Assembly (NCBI GenBank): GCA_963823665.1
Contig: CAWGMQ010000003.1
Span: 1,184,001-1,248,000, forward strand
DNA from: an uncultured Planctomycetota bacterium
GTDB taxonomy: Bacteria; Planctomycetota; Planctomycetia; Isosphaerales; Isosphaeraceae
Length of the DNA: 64,000 nucleotides
Direction of reading: 5' to 3'
This document shows, in pieces, positions 52,338-61,532 of this stretch (positions are counted from its first letter, which is position 1; every line of letters begins with the position of its first letter). Under the pieces are notes generated by a model. It had not been told where the DNA came from and ran no database searches. It saw only the letters and a list, made by a program, of their open reading frames with translations. The position numbers and the translations under genes are program-made.

Positions 52338-52838
52338 ATGAAATCGGGCCCGCGGATACGACTCAGCTCGCTGCTTCTCCTGCTGGTGGTACTTGGCCTC
52401 TTTTTCTGTCTATTCCTTCAAAAACGCCGCGAAAGGGAGCTCCAGGCAGCGATCTTGCCTTACCGCGATCAGACCGCGGAAGCGATCTTCACCACCCTGG
52501 ATCAGCCACTCGCGTTGACCTATCCCGACGGAACACCGCTGCAGGATGCGTTGAAGAACATCAGGCTGTGCTCAACCGGACCGAAGCTGCCAGCAGGCTT
52601 ACAAATCTATGTGGATCCATTCGGCTTGGCGACAGCAAATAAGACAATGAAGTCGCCCGTCAAGAAGCCGCGGGACCAGAGCCTTACCCTCCGCGAACAT
52701 CTGTCTGAAGTCCTCAAGTCCCTGGGGCTCGGGTTCGCGATCAGGGGTCGAGGCCTGGTGATTACTTCAGAGGATGCCGTGCATCTTCAACCGGAAGACG
52801 ACCCATATCTCGGCTACCGCGACGTGCTGCAAAAGTAA
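52338..52838 (+). CDS. Membrane-anchored hypothetical protein with one STN-like domain (paralog of the previous gene)
   Basis: N-terminal TM helix followed by QKRRERELQAA; LDQPLALTYPDGTPLQDALKNI...LQIYVDPFGL...LGFAIRGRGLVITS. Confidence 0.6.
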   Translation: MKSGPRIRLSSLLLLLVVLGLFFCLFLQKRRERELQAAILPYRDQTAEAIFTTLDQPLALTYPDGTPLQDALKNIRLCSTGPKLPAGLQIYVDPFGLATANKTMKSPVKKPRDQSLTLREHLSEVLKSLGLGFAIRGRGLVITSEDAVHLQPEDDPYLGYRDVLQK

Positions 52839-52839
52839 C

Positions 52840-55251
52840 CTACGGACGATCACCCTCCTCGGCTTTCTTCTCCTGTTGCATCAGATAAACCAGCGTCTTC
52901 CCCAAGAACTTGTTCATGATCCCGGGTGTCAGCTCGGTGGCCTTGGCGCGCCACTTCGCAGCCGCGTCGAGGTCGCCGGTCTCGTAACAGACCCGCGAGA
53001 GAACACCCAGCATTTCCGCGTCATTCCAGCCCGTGAGCTCACACGCCTTCGTCGCAAGTTCGACGGCGCGTTTCCCGTCGCGATACTTCGTGTCGGGACA
53101 GAGCGCGGCGATCCACGCCCGATGGGCCAGAGCCGACGCGAGCTTGGGGTCCAGCTCCAGCGCGTGGTCAAGATCGGCTATCGCCTTGTCGTACTGCTCC
53201 ATCTGAAACCAGGTGTCGCCGCGGCAGTCGTAGGCCTGAGCCTGCCGAGGATCGAGACGGATGGCCTCGTTCAGGTCAACGATGGCCTTGTCGTGATTCT
53301 GTTTGTTTTTCAGGGCCATGCCGCGGTAGATATACGCGTCAACGTCTTGAGCGTTGAGCTCAATGGCCCGGTTGCAATCGTGCAGCGCTTTGTCTTGAGC
53401 TTGCTTGCTCAGCCACGCACCAGCACGCTGTGTGTAGGCCTTGCCGAGTTTCGGGTTGAGCCGGAGCGCGTTGTTGTAATCCGCAATCGCCTGATCGGTC
53501 TTGCCGTCGTACTGCCGCGCCACACCGCGGTTGAAATAGCAGCCCGCGAGCTCGCCGGAGGCTCCGGCGTCTTTGGGATCAAGCCGGACAGCGCGACTCA
53601 AATCAGCGATCGCCTTGTCATGGTCTTCCTTGTTGGCCCGGGCGACGCCGCGGCACCGATAGGCCATAGCGAGCTTGGGATCGAGCGCGATAGCGGTCGT
53701 ACAGTCGGCGATCGCCTTGTCGTATTCCTTCTGGTAAAACCGAGCCCCAGCGCGCCGACAGTAAGCCTCGATCAAGCGCGGGTTGAGCCGGATGGCCTCC
53801 GAGAAATCGGCGATCGCCCGGGCGTGGTCGTGTTTGCCTTCCCAGGCCACACCGCGGTACACGAAGGTCTCGGCGATCGGTGATCCCAGTCGAATCGCCT
53901 GGTCACAGTCGGCGATTGCCTTGTCGAACTCGCCCTTCGAATTCCAGATGATCGCGCGAGCGGGAAATGCGATCGCGCACTTCGGTTCAAGCCGAATGGC
54001 TTGATTCAGGTCAGGCAGCGCCTTGTCGGCATCTCGCATGGCTGTCCAGGCAAGCCCTCGGCAATGGTAGGCCTCGCCCAGTTCGGGATCGAGGCGGATG
54101 GCCTCGTTGCAATCAGCAATGACGTTCTTGAGTTCGCCCTTGAGCAGCCAGACGCGGCTTCGGTTGCTGTAAGCGGTCGCTCTCTCCGGAGCGAGTCGGA
54201 CGACCTCATTGAAATCGGCCAAGGCCCGGTCGGCATCTCCCTTTGCGAACCAAAGAAATCCGCGATTCTGATACGCCAACCTCGACCGTGGATCGAGCCG
54301 GATGGCCTTGTTCAGATCGATCAGTGCCCCGTCGTAATCCCCTTTGCCGATGCGGGCTCCGCCGAGATTGCCGTAGGCCATCGCAAGTCGAGGCTCCAGG
54401 CGAATGGCCTCAGTGCAGTCGGCGACTGCCTTGTCGAACTCCATTTTGGCGCAAAACGCCCCACCGCGGTCGGCGTAGGCCTGCGCGTCGTGAGGATTGA
54501 GTTGAATCGCTGCGCTGAGGTCAGTGATGGCCTTGTCGTATTCGTTCTTGTAAACAAGGGCAACTCCGCGACTGTAATACGCGCCGGAATTGCGCGGGTC
54601 ATGCTGAATCGCTTGCGAGGAGTCTTCGATCGCCTTTGTGTAGTCCCGCTTGAACACCCAGCAGGCACCGCGAGTCTGGAAAGCCGAGGCAAGTTGGGGC
54701 TCGAGTCGCAGGGCTTCGTTGCAATCGGAGATGGCCTTGTCGGCCTCACCCATTTCGAGCCAGACTGTCGCGCGAACGACCAACGCTACCGCATCCGCTG
54801 GCTGGACACGGATCGCCGCGGCGGCGTCGGCCAAGGCGCGATTGAATTCTTTCTTGTCTCGCCAAACCCGGGCACGCATCATGTAGGCGAATGCGTCACG
54901 CGGCTGGTCTCGAATCTGCCTCGAGAAGTGATCGACGGCCTTCTCGATCGGAACGATTCGGTCAACGTCGGCCCAGCCAGAATGACCGCTGTTCTCCGCT
55001 TCCAGCCAGCCCCGAGGACCGTCGATCTTCCTCACCTGCCACACGTCAATGCCAACCGCACGATCCGTCTGTTCGTCGTCGGACCGGATCGCGAAATCCC
55101 GGTTCTTTTGAACAACGCGCCGGCCGATCCATTCCTTGCCCGCCGTCTGCTGGGCCACCACCGACGCAGGCAGAACGATCGCTAGCGCAATGGCCGCCGC
55201 CGCGATCCGGCCCACACCCCGGCGTCCAACAGTTTTCGCCTCTCCGTGCAT
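52840..55251 (-). CDS. Secreted tetratricopeptide-repeat protein
   Basis: Signal peptide, then many 34-aa AY..RG....GEYDKAIAD..EAIRLDP units; C-terminal CPDTKYRDGKRAVELATKACEL. Confidence 0.93.
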   Translation of the reverse strand: MHGEAKTVGRRGVGRIAAAAIALAIVLPASVVAQQTAGKEWIGRRVVQKNRDFAIRSDDEQTDRAVGIDVWQVRKIDGPRGWLEAENSGHSGWADVDRIVPIEKAVDHFSRQIRDQPRDAFAYMMRARVWRDKKEFNRALADAAAAIRVQPADAVALVVRATVWLEMGEADKAISDCNEALRLEPQLASAFQTRGACWVFKRDYTKAIEDSSQAIQHDPRNSGAYYSRGVALVYKNEYDKAITDLSAAIQLNPHDAQAYADRGGAFCAKMEFDKAVADCTEAIRLEPRLAMAYGNLGGARIGKGDYDGALIDLNKAIRLDPRSRLAYQNRGFLWFAKGDADRALADFNEVVRLAPERATAYSNRSRVWLLKGELKNVIADCNEAIRLDPELGEAYHCRGLAWTAMRDADKALPDLNQAIRLEPKCAIAFPARAIIWNSKGEFDKAIADCDQAIRLGSPIAETFVYRGVAWEGKHDHARAIADFSEAIRLNPRLIEAYCRRAGARFYQKEYDKAIADCTTAIALDPKLAMAYRCRGVARANKEDHDKAIADLSRAVRLDPKDAGASGELAGCYFNRGVARQYDGKTDQAIADYNNALRLNPKLGKAYTQRAGAWLSKQAQDKALHDCNRAIELNAQDVDAYIYRGMALKNKQNHDKAIVDLNEAIRLDPRQAQAYDCRGDTWFQMEQYDKAIADLDHALELDPKLASALAHRAWIAALCPDTKYRDGKRAVELATKACELTGWNDAEMLGVLSRVCYETGDLDAAAKWRAKATELTPGIMNKFLGKTLVYLMQQEKKAEEGDRP

Positions 55252-55451
55252 GGTTCAACGCCCCCGCGCCGGGGCTCCTCGCTGGGTGGCACTGGCTTCG
55301 CCAATGCGGGAGTGACGACTCACACAAACCGACTGGTCGTCGCAGAATCGCGAGATCAGATGAGATGAAGCCGTGCATCGACGGACTCGAATCGCGCGAT
55401 GAGAATAATCTCGATACGCGAACCTGGCAAGGCGAGTGATTCCACGCCGAA

Positions 55452-56516
55452 TCACTCAATCACCACGCGTGCCGCGCAGCCCTCATCGTCCCCCGCCTCG
55501 TCGACCCCGATCTTCCGATCCAGAAACGCACCAATGGTCTCAACGTTGGTCCGCAAATGCTCGGTCACGTGCGACACGCTGAATTCACTCCGTCCCCGAG
55601 CAAACGCCAGCGGCAGCAGGATCTGGTCGGCCGAGTGCAAATCGACCGCCGCGTCAGCGACCGATTCGAACCCCAGAAGCTGATCGACCGCCTCCTCAGC
55701 GACCGCCTCTGCAGGCTTCCCGCGCTCTCCCAGACCCACGAACGTCGCCGGCACCGCACCTTCGTGTTCGACAATCAGCGATATCGCAGCCCCCTGCCCC
55801 GGCCCGCGCCAGCGCACCAGCTCGATCTCACACGATAAGCCTTCCGAGCCCAGCCGGTCGATCGCGCGCTTGCGCATCCGTTCCGCGATGTTGTCAGGAA
55901 GATTCGAGACGCCCGCGACCCCGTGCAACTTGAGTAGCGGACCTCGAGTGATCTGCACGTAGCTCGCAGGAACCCCCGGCCCAATCACGGCCTCGATCTT
56001 GCCCCCGCCCTTGGGATAGAAACCCGCAGTGAGCATCGTCAGGTCCAGCGGCATCCCGAAGGCCCGGAGATACCCGCGCCAGGTCGTCTCCAGAAACGAG
56101 AACGCCGGGGCCATCGGGTTGAATGTTCCACCTTTCAGCCGCAGCGTGACCGAACGATCGCCCCGCAGGGCCATCGGCAAGTGCAGCGTTTGCAGCACCA
56201 GTCCGGTCGACCCCGCTGTGCCGATGTCGATCGTCAGATCCCCGGGAACATACTCGCCCGGCGCAAAGGAAATCTCGCGAGCCCCAAGCCGCGCGTCAAC
56301 AACTTCGGCTCGCCCCAGGAGCGCGGCCGTCTCGACAGCCTTCAAATGCTGCGGTCGAAGCCCGGGCTTGGACCGGTTGGCCCTGATCTTTTGCATGCGA
56401 AAAGAGCGGCCGGTCAAGAGCGAGAGGGTGAGTGCAGTGCGCAGGATCTGGCCTCCGCCCTCGCCGCGCGACCCGTCCAGCTCGATCTTGGCGCGATCAC
56501 CTCGCGACGATGACAT
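55452..56516 (-). CDS. rtcA: RNA 3'-terminal phosphate cyclase
   Basis: LDGSRGEGGGQILRTAL, IRANRSKPGLRPQH, GTAGS, GGT, GFYPKGGG, ADQ and HLRTN. Confidence 0.95.
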   Translation of the reverse strand: MSSSRGDRAKIELDGSRGEGGGQILRTALTLSLLTGRSFRMQKIRANRSKPGLRPQHLKAVETAALLGRAEVVDARLGAREISFAPGEYVPGDLTIDIGTAGSTGLVLQTLHLPMALRGDRSVTLRLKGGTFNPMAPAFSFLETTWRGYLRAFGMPLDLTMLTAGFYPKGGGKIEAVIGPGVPASYVQITRGPLLKLHGVAGVSNLPDNIAERMRKRAIDRLGSEGLSCEIELVRWRGPGQGAAISLIVEHEGAVPATFVGLGERGKPAEAVAEEAVDQLLGFESVADAAVDLHSADQILLPLAFARGRSEFSVSHVTEHLRTNVETIGAFLDRKIGVDEAGDDEGCAARVVIE

Positions 56517-56623
56517 CGAAGCCCGCCTCCCGCACACCTTCCGGCCCACATCACGCTTGATAGAGCATTATAGAGCGCACGCGGTTCGGGCCAGACGCGA
56601 GAAACGGCCAGTGGGAGTCAATC

Positions 56624-57730
56624 TCATGGCATCGGCTTCGACCCATCGGAGGCGCCGAGCGGCATCGGGGGCGGGCCGAGCGGCTGAGGCTGCGGCGCGG
56701 CTGACTTCGTCGCCGGGCCCGTCGTCGTCGTGCCGGGGCCTGGCAGCATCGTGTCGACTCCCGGAAACTCCGGCAAGATCGGGTCCGGCATCGCGGGCGA
56801 TTGAGGTCCACTTGGCGGCCCCACCTTGCGATGGAACAGGCTCGGACGATCGTTCGCCTTGGAGCTGCGATCGTCCGGTCCCAGGCCTTGCAGGTTGCGC
56901 GCAGCCCAGATCATGATCAGCTTCTGCATACGCTGATCGCTGTGGGCCACGGGCTGCGTGAAGAAGAACGTTCCCAGCCCCCGCTTCTGCTCCGGCCTGC
57001 AGCCGATCACGACGAGCTGGCCGGGTTCCAGCGTGACACTCGTCGAAAGCTCGCGAATCGTTTCCTCTTGCTGGCCATTGTTGATCTTGAATTCCTGTGG
57101 ACCAATCGCCGCCGCATTGGGCACAGTCTGGAACGTGCGCTGGATCGGGCCGTGGTGAAGCTCCGGAGCCATCCGCAAGGAGACATTGTTCGCTCCCTCG
57201 TGCGTGGCTGTCGTACGGAAGTATCCGCTCACGTCCCTGTAGTCAGAGCCGAGTGCTCGGTTGTCGCGATTCAAGAGAACCGTGGCCTGGTCAACCGGAT
57301 CGCTGATCTTGATCAAGGTGGCCTCGCCGCTTTCGACGAAGATATTCGTCGGGCTCACCTTTTGCTGGGAGGTCGTGTCATTCATGATAGCCTCGAGCTC
57401 GAGCGGGAGCTCGCCGATGATTCTGCCCAGACGCAGGCCGTTGGCTTCCCAGGCCCTGCGCTCCTTGGGCGGTATAATCTGTTCATCGGCCGCCTTCCAC
57501 ACAACCTCGTTGATCGCCCGGTCGCCGAACGAGCGGCTGATGATCGCCACTTTGATCAGGCAGCGCTTCGGTTCGAGAATCTGGCCACTGTGCCCGCCGA
57601 TGCGCACGAAGGTCTTCTGCGGCTGAATGCCGTCCTTGTTGAGCGAACAGCCCAGCACCACGAGCAAGCCCGCCGACGCGGCCCCGAACATGCTCACCAG
57701 TCGAGCCGAAACCCGGCTTTTCGCGTCCAT
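56624..57730 (-). CDS. Hypothetical lipoprotein with a secretin-core-like region and a Pro-rich tail
   Basis: Lipobox-like VLGC; VSLRMAPEL...RELSTSVTLEPGQLVVIG...LGTFFF...KLIMI. Confidence 0.55.
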   Translation of the reverse strand: MDAKSRVSARLVSMFGAASAGLLVVLGCSLNKDGIQPQKTFVRIGGHSGQILEPKRCLIKVAIISRSFGDRAINEVVWKAADEQIIPPKERRAWEANGLRLGRIIGELPLELEAIMNDTTSQQKVSPTNIFVESGEATLIKISDPVDQATVLLNRDNRALGSDYRDVSGYFRTTATHEGANNVSLRMAPELHHGPIQRTFQTVPNAAAIGPQEFKINNGQQEETIRELSTSVTLEPGQLVVIGCRPEQKRGLGTFFFTQPVAHSDQRMQKLIMIWAARNLQGLGPDDRSSKANDRPSLFHRKVGPPSGPQSPAMPDPILPEFPGVDTMLPGPGTTTTGPATKSAAPQPQPLGPPPMPLGASDGSKPMP

Positions 57731-57791
57731 GGGGTGGAATCCTTTCCGTGATACCCCGGCGCAAGTCGTCGAACAACGTGGACCGTGTTCT

Positions 57792-57852
57792 TCGTAGCAG
57801 GCACACTCCGTGTGCCGTCCGCCAGTTACGGCACACGGAGTGTGCCGACTCC
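57792..57852. repeat. GTAG-type REP-like inverted doublet
   Basis: GTAGCAGGCACACTCCGTGTGCCGT followed by its inverted copy ACGGCACACGGAGTGTGCC (57828-57846). Confidence 0.8.
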
Positions 57853-58072
57853 ATCGGAACACAAGCCGCTCAAATCGCTTTTTGTTTCAATGGGCTAAGA
57901 TCGGGCCGCAACCATCCTTGGCCGGCCCCCCATCGCGCTCGAAAGGGAATCGCGGCGGAGTTTAGATCGATTTCGGAAACGCGTCAATGCCAAGCGCGTC
58001 GCCGGAAGTCCATTTCCTGCCGTCACTGGCTCCCTCAGGCCGATGACCACGAAATCACGCGAGACATCCGTT

Positions 58073-58369
58073 CTATCCCCCAGCAATCGCCCCCACAACC
58101 AGGTAAGGCTCTGCCCCCGTAACAACCGCCTCCGGCAAGGGCGCATCCGGCGGCTCATGCGAAAGGTCCTCCCCGCACGCGAAGAATCGCAAGAACGGCC
58201 GGCGCTTGAGCGTCGTGTGGTCGCGGATCGTTCCCCGCAGCATGGGGTAGCGGGCTTCGAGCGCGTCCAGCACCGATCGCTGCGTGACCGGCCCTTCGAC
58301 GCTCAAGTGCACCTCACGGTCGACGCGCGCGATGGTTCGCAGATGGGTAGGAAGCTCGACTCGGATCAT
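58073..58369 (-). CDS. MoaD/ThiS family ubiquitin-like protein
   Basis: [11 protein letters not shown]...[10 protein letters not shown]...RPFLRFF...GAIAGG with a C-terminal Gly-Gly. ATGA overlap with the upstream gene. Confidence 0.9.
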   Translation of the reverse strand: MIRVELPTHLRTIARVDREVHLSVEGPVTQRSVLDALEARYPMLRGTIRDHTTLKRRPFLRFFACGEDLSHEPPDAPLPEAVVTGAEPYLVVGAIAGG

Positions 58370-59481
58370 GGCAGTGTCTGCACTTCGACGGAGAGCACGG
58401 CGGGCAGGTCGCGGACGATCGGTGCCCAACTGTCGCCGGAATCGGCCGAGGCATACACTTGCCCTCCGGTTGTCCCGAAGTAAACGCCGCACGATTCGAG
58501 CGAGTCAACAGCCATCGCGTTCCGCAGCACGTTGACATAACAATCGCGTTGCGGCAGTCCGTTCGTGAGCGGCTCCCACTCATTCCCCCCGCTCTTGCTG
58601 CGAAACACGCGCAGCTTCCCTTCGAGCGGGAAGTGCTCCGAGTCGCTCTTGATCGGGACGACGTAGACAGTATCCGGCTCGTGTGCATGCACGTCGATCG
58701 CAAACCCGAAATCGGTCGGCAAGTCGCCGCTGACTTCGTGCCACGAGTCGCCCGCGTCGTCGCTCCGCATCACGTCCCAGTGCTTCTGCATGAAGAGCAC
58801 GTTCGGCCGCGCCGCGTTCATCGCGATGCGGTGGACGCAGTGGCCGACTTCAGCGTTGGGGTCGGGAATAAACTCTGAACGCAACCCGCGGTTAATAGGC
58901 CGCCAGGTTTTCCCGCCGTCGTCCGTTCGAAAAGCCCCCGCCGCCGAGATCGCAATAAAGATCCGATCGGGATTCTTGGGATCAACGATGATCGTGTGCA
59001 GGCACATGCCCCCCGCGCCCGGCTGCCATCGCGGGCCTGACTCGTGGCCGCGCAGCCCGGGCAGCTCTTGCCATGTGCGCCCGCCATCGGCTGTGCGAAA
59101 CAGCGCCGCGTCCTCCACGCCGGCGTAGACCGCATCCGGATCGCTCTGCGACGGCTCAAGATGCCAGACGCGCTTGAACTCCCACGGGTGCTGCGTGCCG
59201 TCGTACCACTGGTGCGTACCCGGCGTGCCCTCGTATTTGAACTCGTTGCCGACGGCTTCCCACGTCTTGCCGCCGTCGTTCGATCGCTGCATCATCTGGC
59301 CGAACCAGCCGCTGGATTGCGATGCATACAGCCGATCCGGGTCGGCAGGCGAGCCCTTCAGGTGGTAGATTTCCCACCCGGCGAAGTGCGGGCCGCTGAT
59401 CTCCCAGTTCTTGCGCGTGGCGTCTGAAGTGCACACAAACGCGCCCTTGCGCGTGCCGACCAGGACTCGTACCCCGCTCAT
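58366..59481 (-). CDS. BNR/Asp-box beta-propeller (sialidase-like) protein
   Basis: Multiple (S/T).D.G.(T/S)W Asp-boxes; [10 protein letters not shown] start; GGAGG SD. Confidence 0.88.
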   Translation of the reverse strand: MSGVRVLVGTRKGAFVCTSDATRKNWEISGPHFAGWEIYHLKGSPADPDRLYASQSSGWFGQMMQRSNDGGKTWEAVGNEFKYEGTPGTHQWYDGTQHPWEFKRVWHLEPSQSDPDAVYAGVEDAALFRTADGGRTWQELPGLRGHESGPRWQPGAGGMCLHTIIVDPKNPDRIFIAISAAGAFRTDDGGKTWRPINRGLRSEFIPDPNAEVGHCVHRIAMNAARPNVLFMQKHWDVMRSDDAGDSWHEVSGDLPTDFGFAIDVHAHEPDTVYVVPIKSDSEHFPLEGKLRVFRSKSGGNEWEPLTNGLPQRDCYVNVLRNAMAVDSLESCGVYFGTTGGQVYASADSGDSWAPIVRDLPAVLSVEVQTLP

Positions 59482-59568
59482 TCCTCCATCCCTCCCGATC
59501 AAACAATGACGCTGGTTCTCACCTCATACAATTGCTAATTCTATCACCGCGACGGCCCGCCGCTCAGG

Positions 59569-59928
59569 CTATTGCGACGGCAGGCCCGCTACCTCCATCA
59601 CCGGCCGGATCTCCACTGTGCCGTGCCGCGCGCCGGGAAGGCGTGCGGCAATTCCGATCGCCGCGTCGAGATCCTTGGCTTCGATCAGGAAGTAGCCGCC
59701 GAGCTGCTCGCGCGTCTCGGCGAACGGTCCATCAGTCACCAGCCGATCGCCGTCGCGCACCCGAACGCTCGTCGCTGTCGAGGTGGGATGCAGGGGGTTG
59801 CAGCCCAGGTACTGCCCGTTGGCGTGAAGGTCTTGTGCGCACTGAGCCGACTCGACGTAACAATTCTGGCGCTCGGCATCAGTCATCGCGTGAAGCTCAT
59901 CCATGTAAATCAGGAGCAGGTACTTCAT
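59569..59928 (-). CDS. YciI / DGPF-domain protein
   Basis: MKYLLLIY...VTDGPFAETREQLGGYFLI...VEIRP. Confidence 0.93.
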   Translation of the reverse strand: MKYLLLIYMDELHAMTDAERQNCYVESAQCAQDLHANGQYLGCNPLHPTSTATSVRVRDGDRLVTDGPFAETREQLGGYFLIEAKDLDAAIGIAARLPGARHGTVEIRPVMEVAGLPSQ

Positions 59929-60131
59929 GACCATTGGTTCTCCGATACGGTCGCGAAATGCGACTTTGCCGCACGGTTGGTTTGTTCCACTTCGTTGAAG
60001 AGGATCGCCAGGGCCGACATGAGGGCCGCACCGGGCCGCTCGGTCGCGCAGATGAAGCTGGCGAGCGGCTCGACGACTCGCTCCAGGTTGCTTTCAGGCG
60101 TCCAATGCGTTGCACGATTGATCTTAGTCAT
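59925..60131 (-). CDS. Small hypothetical protein (68 aa)
   Basis: GGAGA SD; stop overlaps the YciI ATG (ATGA); lies directly below an ECF42-type promoter. Confidence 0.6.
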   Translation of the reverse strand: MTKINRATHWTPESNLERVVEPLASFICATERPGAALMSALAILFNEVEQTNRAAKSHFATVSENQWS

Positions 60132-60173
60132 CGGATGTCTCCGTGCAGAAGGTGGTTGTTGTTACGCCAGTAA

Positions 60174-60200
60174 GTCGATCCGGAAACGCCCGGATCGACA
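60174..60200 (-). promoter_or_regulatory. ECF42-type promoter TGTCGA-N17-CGAC, itself a 10-bp perfect inverted repeat
   Basis: The minus strand reads TGTCGATCCGGGCGTTTCCGGATCGAC, matching the recalled ECF42 consensus (-35 TGTCGA, -10 CG(A/T)C). Confidence 0.75.
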
Positions 60201-60229
60201 CCCCGGCCGCGATTTTCTTACCATAGAGC

Positions 60230-61477
60230 ATGCGCACCAATATCGACACGACGATCGAGGCAGTCTATCGCTCCGATTGGGGCCGGATCGTCGCCACCCT
60301 CATCCGTAGTTTCGGTGACTTTGACCTGGCCGAAGAGACGGCGCAGGAAGCATTTGCAGCCGCATTAGATCAATGGAGAGTTTCCGGCATCCCCGAGTCG
60401 CCCGCCGCCTGGATCATCCAGACCGCGCGGCACAAGGCCGTCGACCGCATCCGGCGCCGCGCACATTTCGACCAGATCGTCAAATCTCAAGTCGCCAGCG
60501 GTTCGATTCCAACCGAGGAGGAGCCGGACTACACCACAACCGAGATCCCCGACGATCGCCTTCGCCTGATCTTCACCTGCTGCCACCCTGCCCTCGCAAA
60601 CGAATCACAGGTCGCGCTCACGCTCCGCACCCTCGGTGGCCTTGAAACCGACGAGATCGCGCGAGCGTTCGTGGTGCCCACCGCCACGATGGCCCAGCGC
60701 CTCGTGCGTGCCAAGCGCAAGATCCGCGAGGCCGGCATCCCGTTCTCCGTGCCCGACGCCGAAGACATGCCGGCGCGCCTGGACGCCGTGTTGACGGTCA
60801 TCTACTTGATCTTCAACGAGGGCTACACCGCCACCCGCGGCCAGGCGCTGGTACGAACCGATCTCTGCACGGAGGCTATCCGTCTTGGTCGTCTCGTGAA
60901 CACGCTCCTGGCGCCGGCGCCGCCCGCTGAGGCGACAGGCTTGCTCGCGCTGATGCTGCTCCACGACTCCAGACGCGCCGCCCGCTTCGACTCAGCCGGC
61001 GATTTGATCCTCCTCGAAGATCAGGATCGCAGCCTCTGGGATCACGAACAAATCGCCCAGGCCTTCCCGCTCGTGCAGGAGGCCATTCGCGGCGGCGCGC
61101 GTCCGTTCGCGCTGCAGGCGGCAATCGCCGCCCTGCACTGCCAGGCCGAACGCTCCGAGGATACCGACTGGCCGCAAATCCTCAGGCTCTACGACCTGCT
61201 CGAGCGCATCCAGCCCTCACCCATCGTTTCGCTCAACCGCGCCGTCGCACTCGCGATGGTTGAAGGCCCTCAGCCGGCGCTGGCACTCGTCGATGCACTC
61301 GCCGCGACCGGCGTTCTCGACCGCTATCACCTCCTGCACGCCGCCCGCGCCGATCTGCTCCGCCGCATCGGATCCGCGGAAGCTGCGGCCCGGAGCTACG
61401 AACAAGCACTCGCGCTCGCAACCAATGACAGCGAGCGACGATTCCTCGAGCGGCGCCTGCGCGAAGTCCAGTCGTAG
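60230..61477 (+). CDS. ECF sigma factor with C-terminal TPR-like extension (ECF42-type)
   Basis: GDFDLAEE, IPDDRLRLIFTCCHPAL, MAQRLVRAKRKI, IYLIFNEGY, LQAAIAA and TDWPQI; divergent from a DGPF gene. Confidence 0.93.
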   Translation: MRTNIDTTIEAVYRSDWGRIVATLIRSFGDFDLAEETAQEAFAAALDQWRVSGIPESPAAWIIQTARHKAVDRIRRRAHFDQIVKSQVASGSIPTEEEPDYTTTEIPDDRLRLIFTCCHPALANESQVALTLRTLGGLETDEIARAFVVPTATMAQRLVRAKRKIREAGIPFSVPDAEDMPARLDAVLTVIYLIFNEGYTATRGQALVRTDLCTEAIRLGRLVNTLLAPAPPAEATGLLALMLLHDSRRAARFDSAGDLILLEDQDRSLWDHEQIAQAFPLVQEAIRGGARPFALQAAIAALHCQAERSEDTDWPQILRLYDLLERIQPSPIVSLNRAVALAMVEGPQPALALVDALAATGVLDRYHLLHAARADLLRRIGSAEAAARSYEQALALATNDSERRFLERRLREVQS

Positions 61478-61532
61478 CAGGCACACTCCGTGTGCCGTCC
61501 GCCGGTGAACACGCGCGATGTGCACCGACTAC
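61472..61532. repeat. Second GTAG-type REP-like copy
   Basis: 61472-61503 is identical to 57792-57823 (32 nt). Its TAG is the sigma factor stop codon, and CTAC closes the gap. Confidence 0.8.

Noticed and set aside
55284..55308. GCACTGGC-TTC-GCCAATGC imperfect hairpin as another REP family
   Set aside because: Only one degenerate copy in the window, so it cannot be supported as a repeat here.
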